64,000 nt of DNA, from assembly GCA_002327585.1 (NCBI GenBank), contig DCWL01000011.1, positions 8,746 through 72,745 of the forward strand. Direction: 5' to 3'. The notes below the pieces were generated by a model that saw only the letters and a list, made by a program, of their open reading frames with translations, was not told the DNA's origin and searched no databases. Shown here piece after piece: positions 56,507-64,000 of the stretch; positions within the stretch are counted from its first letter, which is position 1, and each line of letters starts with the position of its first letter. A program made the position numbers and the translations under genes. Source of the stretch: Candidatus Phycocordibacter aenigmaticus. Lineage in GTDB: Bacteria; Patescibacteriota; Minisyncoccia; Phycocordibacterales; UBA2163.

Positions 56507-58213
56507 TTATTTTCCAATATTAAGATGTAATTTATCCGAGAGTTCTTTATATCTTTTTAAGGTTTTTGATATTTTGCCTGCATTATTTTCCGCCTCCGCG
56601 GACTTCAGTTCAATTAAAATTTTGTCCCGAACTTCTTTTATATATTCCTGCTCTAGATTATGCAAGAGTTCATCTAAATCACTCTGGAGTCTCTCGGAAT
56701 TTTCATGCGCACGTTCTGCTTCAAACAACAATTTATCCGTGAAATCTTTTTTCTTCATTATTCGCAAAACTCCATCCTTTCCGACAATACGCTCAAGTTC
56801 TTTGACAGAGGATTTTACATTTACAGCTGGTTTGTCCTCGCTCTTTTGCCAGAGTAAAATGGCCGCCACCTTATTCTCTATTGAACTTATTTTAACCGGT
56901 TGAGGTTGAACTGTGATGTTTTCTTTTACCTCTTCGGATACGCTATCGGACGGAACTTTCAAGATTTCTTCCCGCACCGCATCTTCTGATATTCCGAGCC
57001 TATGTGCAAATTCTGAAATAAAATGCTCCTGGTCAATCTTATTGGCAATCTCAGCAATATAGGGAATTACTGTTTGTCCTGCTTTCAGGCGTAATTTTCT
57101 TTTATCATCTATCTCTTCGGAGAGCATATCGAGAGAGAAATCTACAATGTGTTTTGAATTTTTTATTATTTTTTTCCATTCATCCTTGTCTTTGTTTATA
57201 ACATCTGATGGATCGGCTCCCTTGGACATGTGAGCAATCTTTACATCCATTCCGGCAGAAAGCGTTAACATTGCGCTCTTTCCGGATGATGCAAATCCGG
57301 CTGAATCTGAGTCAAAAGCTAAAATCACATTCCCTGAAAGTCTCTTGAGAAGTTCAACTTGTTCTTCCGTGAGTGCTGTGCCGGAAAGGGCAACAGTATT
57401 TGTAAATCCGGCCTGATGTGATGCCAGCAAATCTATTTGCCCTTCAACGATAATTGAGAAATTCAGTTTCCGTATTGAAAACTTTGCCCTATCCAAACCG
57501 TAAAGTATTTTTGATTTTCTGAAAAGGGAAGTTTCTGGAGAATTTATGTATTTTGCTTCATTCTCTTTATCTCTAAATATTCTTCCGGAAAATGCTATTA
57601 TCCTGCCTGAATTATCAGAGATGGGAAACATAATTCTACCGCGAAATCTGTCATAATAATCTCCGCCTTTTTCAGATTTTTTTATAAGTCCGGCTTTTTC
57701 AATCTCATTTGCGCTATGCTTTTTCTTCAGATGCTCGTACAGAGTACTCCATGATGAAGGAGAATATCCGATACGCCATGCTTTTATTGTTTTATCATTA
57801 AGTCCTCTCCCGTAGAGATATTTTTTTACATCCTTTCCTTCCTCTTTATTTAAACTCTCTTCAAAGAACAACGTCGCCTCCTCTACAATGCTATAGAGGC
57901 GATCTCTCTCGTCTCTTTTTTCTTGCTTCTCGTACTCTATCTGTACGCCAGCTTTCTCGGCAAGGATTTTCAATGCACCGGAAAAATCAAGACCCTCAAA
58001 CTGCTCAACAAATGAAAAAATGTCTCCCTTTACCCCGCATCCAAAACAGTAGTAGGTGCTTCGCGAAGGAGATACAAAAAATGAAGGGGTCTTTTCATTA
58101 TGAAAGGGGCATTTTGCTTTCAAATTACTTCCCGCTTTCTGAAGTTTTATGTACTGACCAACTACATCCACTATGCCAAGTCTTTCTTTTATTTTTTCAA
58201 CGTTAGAGGGCAT
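56507..58213 (-). CDS. dnaG: DNA primase
   Basis: [43 protein letters not shown]. Confidence 0.98.
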   Translation of the reverse strand: MPSNVEKIKERLGIVDVVGQYIKLQKAGSNLKAKCPFHNEKTPSFFVSPSRSTYYCFGCGVKGDIFSFVEQFEGLDFSGALKILAEKAGVQIEYEKQEKRDERDRLYSIVEEATLFFEESLNKEEGKDVKKYLYGRGLNDKTIKAWRIGYSPSSWSTLYEHLKKKHSANEIEKAGLIKKSEKGGDYYDRFRGRIMFPISDNSGRIIAFSGRIFRDKENEAKYINSPETSLFRKSKILYGLDRAKFSIRKLNFSIIVEGQIDLLASHQAGFTNTVALSGTALTEEQVELLKRLSGNVILAFDSDSAGFASSGKSAMLTLSAGMDVKIAHMSKGADPSDVINKDKDEWKKIIKNSKHIVDFSLDMLSEEIDDKRKLRLKAGQTVIPYIAEIANKIDQEHFISEFAHRLGISEDAVREEILKVPSDSVSEEVKENITVQPQPVKISSIENKVAAILLWQKSEDKPAVNVKSSVKELERIVGKDGVLRIMKKKDFTDKLLFEAERAHENSERLQSDLDELLHNLEQEYIKEVRDKILIELKSAEAENNAGKISKTLKRYKELSDKLHLNIGK

Positions 58214-58240
58214 AATAAATTTTTGCACTTCTTCCACGCT

Positions 58241-61200
58241 TTACTCGGACTCTTTATTTTCTTTGACCATTTCTGCTTTTGCGCTCCCCTCAAATCCGGT
58301 TCCAGCGGGAATCAGTCTTCCAATTATAACATTTTCTTTGAGTCCTATAAGTCTGTCTATACTCCCCCTAACTGCGGCATTTATGAGAATTTTCGTAGTA
58401 TTCTGAAATGATGCAGCTGAGAGGAAGCTTTTTCGTGAAAGTGACACTTCAGAAATCCCGAGCACTAGTGGATTTGCTACTGGCTGGTTCGAACCGTTCT
58501 CTTTTGCTCTTTTGAGAGCATTTGCAAATTCATGATGTTCAACAATATCTCCAACAGTGAAGTTTTCATTTGGCGACGCTTCTTTAATTTTTCTTCGTGA
58601 AAACATCTGTTTTATAATAACCTCTATATGTTTGCGTGATATGGAAGCACCCTGAAGTTCGTAAATTCTGTTAATTTCACTGATAATATAATTCTGAGTT
58701 TTCTCTCTGTCGCTGTATTTGAAAAGCTCATCTATATTTGCCGAGCCGTCAGTCAAGAAATCTCCTTTTGACACTTTGTCACCCACCTTTACAAAAGACA
58801 TTCTTCTGAAATGAACTCGATATTCCGTACTTTTTTTGGATTTAGTTCCCTTTTCCGATTTATTCGGAAGAAGGATAATCAATTTTTCTTTTTCGTGATT
58901 CTTTATCTCGGATACTGTACCATCAATATGTGCTATTAACGCCGGATTCTTCGGAGACCTTTTTTCAAATACTTCCTCCACTCTTGGAAGACCTTGTGTA
59001 ATATCTCCGCCGACTGATGCAGTACCGCCTGTATGGAAGGTTCTCATGGTAAGCTGTGTGCCGGGCTCTCCTATAGCCTGCGCTGCAACTGTCCCGACAG
59101 CTTCTCCTATCTCAATAGGATTATTCGTTGTCATATCAATACCATAACAATTCTGACAAATCCCCTGCTGTGTTTTGCATACCATCGGAGAGCGAACATT
59201 TACACTTTCAATTCCAGCATCTTCGATCTGCCTTGCCTGCTCTTCAGTCATGAAAGTTCCTTTCTTAAATAAGACATTGCCACTTACATCCTTGACATCA
59301 GTAGCCAAGATTCTTCCTTTTATATTTTTTGTAATTGAAATCTCAAGCCCTGAAGCACTTATCTTATTGATTATAACTCCATCTTTAGTACCACAATCTT
59401 TTTCAGTTATGATTGCATCTTGTGCAACATCAAAAAGTCGCCTTGTTAAGTATCCCGCCTTTGCTGTCTGAAGCGCTGTATCTGCAAGACCTTTCCTTGA
59501 GCCATGAGTTGTGATGAAATATTCAATTGGAGTAAGGCCTTCTTTCATTGAAGCAATAATAGGAAACTCAATCGTCTCTCCTTTTGTGTTCTGCATAAGC
59601 CCTACCATACCAGACATTATAGTAATCTGGCCTATAGAGCCCCGAGCGCCAGAGCGCCACATATCGTACACTGATCCATCTTTCTCTAACGTATCTGGAA
59701 TCCGGCTTTCTATTTCATTCTTGGCCCCAATCCATGTTTCTATGTTCATCCTTCTTTTTTCGTCTGCCGAAAGTAGCCCTTCATTGTATTGATCAAGTAT
59801 TTCTTTGGATTTACTCTTGGCAGATTTGATGACATCTTTTTTGTCGTCCGGAACAATTACATCATCAATGCCCCATGTAACACCAGAGTGTGTGGCATAC
59901 TGGAATCCGAATTTTTTTATCTTGTCTACAATCCCGGGGATTCGTTCAAGTCCGTAAACTTTTATAAGATCCTCGACAAGCGCTAACATGCTCTTGTTTG
60001 TAATATCATAATCAACATACGGATAGTCGCTCGGAAGGATGCTGTTGAACAGAATTCTTCCGACGGATGTTTCAAAAGGCTGTCCGCCAAATCTTTCATA
60101 CCTTGGCTTGTCCGATGGCATAATTTTTATTTTTGCACGAAAGCCGACCTGCCCGAAATCATAAGCGGTTATAGCGCTGTTTGGGTTGGAGAAAATTTTT
60201 CCTTCTCCTTTGTCGCCTGGAATAATTTTTGTCATCCAATAACAGCCCAAAACTATATCGAGCATTTTTGTTGAGATCACGGGGTCACCATTTCCGGGCT
60301 TCAGTACATTTTTATTTGCAGAAATTATGTTCTTTGCCTCCTTCTGAGCTTCCCGTGACAAGGGTACGTGAACCGCCATCATATCCCCGTCAAAATCCGC
60401 GTTAAAAGCAGGACATACAAGAGGGTGTATCTGAATAGCATTTCCCTCAATCAAAACCGGCTTAAAGCCCTGAATGCCCTGACGATGAAGTGTCGGTGCA
60501 CGGTTTAGAAGTACATATTTATCTTTAATTACCTCTTCTAAGATTGCCCATACCTCAGGAATACCATCATCAATAAGGCGCCCGGCGCCGCGTATGTTAT
60601 ACGCGAGTTCACGCTCCAAGAGTTTTGAGATGATAAAAGGCCTGAATAACTCTAGCGCCATATGCTTTGGAAGGCCGCATTCATCGAGCTTTAATTCAGG
60701 ACCGATAACAATTACGGAACGCCCCGAATAATCAACTCTCTTTCCCAATAGATTCTGCCTGAAATATCCCTGTTTCCCTCTTAGATAATCAGATATTGAT
60801 TTCAAAGGCCTCCTCTGCGACTGGCTCATCGCAGAGAAAAGCGTATTGCCGTGCCTTATTGAGTTGTCCAAAAGTGCGTCAACGGCTTCCTGCAGGATTC
60901 TTTTTTCATTTCTTAAAATAACATCAGGTGCATCAATATCCTTTAGTTTCTTAAGGCGATTATTTCTGTTTATAACCCTTCTGTACAAGTCATTGACATC
61001 GGATGTCGCATGCCGTCCGCCTTCAAGTGCTACCATAGGCCGCAGCGCTGGTGGAGTGATAGGAATCCGTGTCAAAAACATCCACTCAGGCCGTATGTCG
61101 GCAGAGGACATTCCTTTTGCAAGAGCAAGGCGTTTGTTTAGTTTTTCTCTCTTGATAGATCCAGCTTTTTCAAGCTCCGCTTCAAGTTCTGAAATCAATT

Positions 61201-61903
61201 TCTTAAGGTCGAGATTTTTAAAAATGTTGTATATCGCTTCAGCCCCTATGCCTGTTTCAAAAAGCGTTCCGTATTTTATAGCGTATTTATGATATACAAT
61301 CTCATCCAAGACGGCTCCTTCATTAATATCGTCAATCTCCTGTTTTGCGACTGTGAAAAGCCTTTTGAGCTCAGTTTTTGTTTTTTCATCATTTGCTGCT
61401 TTTGTTTTTGTTTTGTATTCAGTATTAAGCTCCTTTAAGATTTTCAATTTCTCGTCCTCAATAACTTTTGTGACAATGTATCCTGCAAAGTAAATCACCT
61501 TCTCCACATTAGCAGCAGAGATTCCAAGCAATAGACTTATCCTTGAGGGGATGCTTCGCAAAAACCAGATATGCGATACAGGAGATGAAAGTTCTATATG
61601 CCCCATCCGCTCGCGCCGCACGACTGAGCGTGTTATTTCAACGCCACATCTCTCGCATATAATTCCTCTGTACCTGATACCTCTATATTTTCCACAGTAG
61701 CATTCGTAATCTTTTTCAGGCCCAAAAATCTTCTCGTCAAAAAGGCCGTTCTTCTCAGCACGCTGTGTCCTGTAGTTGATTGTCTCAGGTTTTGTAATCT
61801 CGCCGAATGACCAGCTCAAAATCACTTCAGGTGACGCAAGTTTCAGTGATACGGTGTCAAAGTTTTCTGTATCAAATGCTTTTTTATTTGTTTTATTATA
61901 CAT
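58241..61903 (-). CDS. rpoC: RNA polymerase subunit beta'
   Basis: KPETINYRT, GKRVDYSGRSV, NADFDGD, GEPGTQLTMRTFH; start set at MYNK. Confidence 0.99.
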   Translation of the reverse strand: MYNKTNKKAFDTENFDTVSLKLASPEVILSWSFGEITKPETINYRTQRAEKNGLFDEKIFGPEKDYECYCGKYRGIRYRGIICERCGVEITRSVVRRERMGHIELSSPVSHIWFLRSIPSRISLLLGISAANVEKVIYFAGYIVTKVIEDEKLKILKELNTEYKTKTKAANDEKTKTELKRLFTVAKQEIDDINEGAVLDEIVYHKYAIKYGTLFETGIGAEAIYNIFKNLDLKKLISELEAELEKAGSIKREKLNKRLALAKGMSSADIRPEWMFLTRIPITPPALRPMVALEGGRHATSDVNDLYRRVINRNNRLKKLKDIDAPDVILRNEKRILQEAVDALLDNSIRHGNTLFSAMSQSQRRPLKSISDYLRGKQGYFRQNLLGKRVDYSGRSVIVIGPELKLDECGLPKHMALELFRPFIISKLLERELAYNIRGAGRLIDDGIPEVWAILEEVIKDKYVLLNRAPTLHRQGIQGFKPVLIEGNAIQIHPLVCPAFNADFDGDMMAVHVPLSREAQKEAKNIISANKNVLKPGNGDPVISTKMLDIVLGCYWMTKIIPGDKGEGKIFSNPNSAITAYDFGQVGFRAKIKIMPSDKPRYERFGGQPFETSVGRILFNSILPSDYPYVDYDITNKSMLALVEDLIKVYGLERIPGIVDKIKKFGFQYATHSGVTWGIDDVIVPDDKKDVIKSAKSKSKEILDQYNEGLLSADEKRRMNIETWIGAKNEIESRIPDTLEKDGSVYDMWRSGARGSIGQITIMSGMVGLMQNTKGETIEFPIIASMKEGLTPIEYFITTHGSRKGLADTALQTAKAGYLTRRLFDVAQDAIITEKDCGTKDGVIINKISASGLEISITKNIKGRILATDVKDVSGNVLFKKGTFMTEEQARQIEDAGIESVNVRSPMVCKTQQGICQNCYGIDMTTNNPIEIGEAVGTVAAQAIGEPGTQLTMRTFHTGGTASVGGDITQGLPRVEEVFEKRSPKNPALIAHIDGTVSEIKNHEKEKLIILLPNKSEKGTKSKKSTEYRVHFRRMSFVKVGDKVSKGDFLTDGSANIDELFKYSDREKTQNYIISEINRIYELQGASISRKHIEVIIKQMFSRRKIKEASPNENFTVGDIVEHHEFANALKRAKENGSNQPVANPLVLGISEVSLSRKSFLSAASFQNTTKILINAAVRGSIDRLIGLKENVIIGRLIPAGTGFEGSAKAEMVKENKESE

Positions 61904-61919
61904 AAAATATGAATTATGA

Positions 61920-64000
61920 TTACTTAAGCTGAACATCAAGCGACAGTCCTCTGAGATTATTGAGAAGTACATTGAAGGATGCTGGCGTATGAGGATGTTT
62001 GATTTTCTCTCCTTTGACCACAGCGTCGAATGTTTCAGACCGTCCGAGTATATCGTCTGACTTTACGGTGAGCATCTCCCGAAGCGTGTAAGCCGCGCCG
62101 TATCCGAGAAGCGCCCACACTTCCATCTCTCCGAATCTCTGTCCCCCTGACTGCGCCTTTCCTCCAAGTGGCTGTTGTGTGATAAGAGAGTACGGACCGA
62201 TTGAACGCATATGTATCTTGTCCTCAACCATGTGGTGAAGCTTCATTATATACATGTATCCCACAGAAACATCCTGATCGAACTGCTCTCCTGTCCTGCC
62301 GTTATAAAGTGGCATCTTACCGTTCTCGGGAAATCCCGCTTTTTTCAACTCCTCCTTTATCTCCTTCTCATCAGCGCCGGCAAATGAGGGAACAATTGCC
62401 TGATATCCCAGTGTGTTCGCCGCAAGCCCGAGATGGAGCTCGAGTATCTGCCCCAAGTTCATGCGCGAAGGAACCCCAAGCGGCGTTAGGATAATATCTA
62501 CAGGCTCGCCGTCTTTTGTGTAGGGCATGTCTTCTTCAGGCAGAATTTTTGATATGACTCCCTTATTGCCGTGGCGTCCCGCAAGCTTATCTCCTACTGA
62601 TACATTCCGCAACTGCGCCACGGTAATGTGAATTCTTTCTATAACGCCCGATTCAAGAGTATCTCCTTTTTCCCGCGAGAATATTTTTACTCCGATTACT
62701 CTTCCGCGCTTTCCGCCTTCAAGACGAAGTGATGTGTCTTTTACATCTTTTGCCTTCTCGCCGAAAATGGAGCGCAGGAGTCGCTCTTCGGGAGTAAGCT
62801 GTGATTCCCCTTTGGGAGTGACTTTGCCAACAAGAATATCGCCCTGCCTTACTTCAGCACCAATCCGCACAATTCCGTCTTCATCAAGGTTTTTAAGCTT
62901 TACTTCTCCTACATTGGGAATATCATGAGTTGTCAGCTCAGGGCCGAGTTTTGTATCACGAACATTTACTTCAAATTCATCTATTCTGATGCTTGTGAAT
63001 TTGCTGTTCTTGACCAGCCGTTCAGAGAGAATAATGGCGTCCTCGTAATTCGCACCAAACCAAGACATAAATGCTACGCGCACATTCTGCCCGAGAGCCA
63101 TCTGGCCACCAGCGCTTGATGAAGTATCCGCAAGCAGGTCTCCCTTTTTCACCTTGTCTCCAATCGATACGGCAGGTCTTTGGTGAAATGCGGAGAAATT
63201 ATTCGTCTTTGTAAAGTTTATAAGATTATATTCTATTTTCTCTCCTTTACTGTTTTCAATGATTATCTTTTTAGCGTCAACCTTTTTAACTTCCCCGTCT
63301 GTCTTTGAGATTACGACACGCCCAGTGTCGCGGGCAGCACCTTCTTCAATGCCAGTTGCCACAAGTGGCGTCTCCGGCACAATAGAAGGAGTCGCTTGCT
63401 TCTGCATATTAGAGCCCATCAGTGCCCTATTTCCGTTGTTGTGCTCAAGAAAAGGAATCATTGAAGTCGCGGCGGAAAATGCCTGATTTGTGGCAACATC
63501 AATAAAATCAACTTCCTTTTTCTCCACAAGATTAGGCTCTCCTTTCCTGCGCACTTCCACGAAATCTTCAACTATATCGTTTTTATCGTTACATTTTGTG
63601 GCAGCATGCGCTATATTGTACTGCTCTTCTTGATGAGCATTTAAATATATAATTTCATCTGAAATTTTACCGTCTTCAACCTTTGCATACGGAGTCTCAA
63701 TCATGCCAAATTCACTGATGCGCGCATATGTGGCAAGTCGAAGTATCAGCCCAATGTTGGGGCCCTCAGGAGTGTGGATAGGGCAAAGCCGTCCGTAGTG
63801 GGTCGGATGAACGTCACGCACTTCAAAACCGGCGCGCTTGCGATCAAGCCCTCCGGGACCGAGCGCCGAGAGAGTTCTCAAATCCTCAAGCTCTCCCAAG
63901 ATATTCTGTTGCTCCATAAATTTTGAGAGTTGGCTCGTCGTAAAAAATTCTTTGATGCTCGCCTGAAGCGGGCGGGGATTTATAAACTGGATAGGAAGGG
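61920..64000 (-). CDS. rpoB: RNA polymerase subunit beta (3' part, runs off window end)
   Basis: TPEGPNIG, GSNMQKQA, GDKLAGRHGNKG, GQRFGEME. Confidence 0.99.
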   Translation of the reverse strand, partial: LPIQFINPRPLQASIKEFFTTSQLSKFMEQQNILGELEDLRTLSALGPGGLDRKRAGFEVRDVHPTHYGRLCPIHTPEGPNIGLILRLATYARISEFGMIETPYAKVEDGKISDEIIYLNAHQEEQYNIAHAATKCNDKNDIVEDFVEVRRKGEPNLVEKKEVDFIDVATNQAFSAATSMIPFLEHNNGNRALMGSNMQKQATPSIVPETPLVATGIEEGAARDTGRVVISKTDGEVKKVDAKKIIIENSKGEKIEYNLINFTKTNNFSAFHQRPAVSIGDKVKKGDLLADTSSSAGGQMALGQNVRVAFMSWFGANYEDAIILSERLVKNSKFTSIRIDEFEVNVRDTKLGPELTTHDIPNVGEVKLKNLDEDGIVRIGAEVRQGDILVGKVTPKGESQLTPEERLLRSIFGEKAKDVKDTSLRLEGGKRGRVIGVKIFSREKGDTLESGVIERIHITVAQLRNVSVGDKLAGRHGNKGVISKILPEEDMPYTKDGEPVDIILTPLGVPSRMNLGQILELHLGLAANTLGYQAIVPSFAGADEKEIKEELKKAGFPENGKMPLYNGRTGEQFDQDVSVGYMYIMKLHHMVEDKIHMRSIGPYSLITQQPLGGKAQSGGQRFGEMEVWALLGYGAAYTLREMLTVKSDDILGRSETFDAVVKGEKIKHPHTPASFNVLLNNLRGLSLDVQLK

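Noticed and set aside
305-63486. Many antisense or overlapping ORFs in the track (e.g. 1794-2186, 3414-4001, 7543-8115, 31150-31971, 47583-47768)
   Set aside because: Shadows of well-supported genes or tRNAs on the opposite strand or frame, with no motifs

Overview
AT-rich bacterial core-chromosome segment, mostly encoded on the minus strand, using genetic code 11 (TGA is a stop; tRNA-Trp has anticodon CCA). Gene content suggests Patescibacteria/CPR, Parcubacteria-like (inference): class I LysRS, short AlaRS and DnaX, an FtsA-like plus membrane-protein pair, a VirB2-like pilin, and almost no metabolic genes. Core content: infA-rpmJ-rpsM-rpsK-rpsD-rpoA-rplQ-rplM-rpsI-grpE-dnaK-dnaJ, a mini dcw cluster, mreBCD-mrdA, five aminoacyl-tRNA synthetases, dnaX, holB, dprA, topA, rel, parB, rnr, rpoB-rpoC-dnaG-rpoD and four tRNAs (Glu, Gln, Leu, Trp). 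Notable observations: (1) about ten self-contained cassettes of one or two orphan genes scattered between core genes, each with its own sigma70-type promoter, strong Shine-Dalgarno and usually a terminator, while core genes lack SD and often look leaderless; (2) a SAM-I riboswitch plus terminator above an unknown 141-aa gene in a ~1 kb islet at the tRNA-Glu 3' end; (3) a candidate structured ncRNA upstream of rpsP; (4) short palindromes lying in frame within rpoA and rsmH; (5) several small proteins missed by the ORF track. No CRISPR array, integrase, transposase or rRNA was seen. All calls are by eye, with no database searches.
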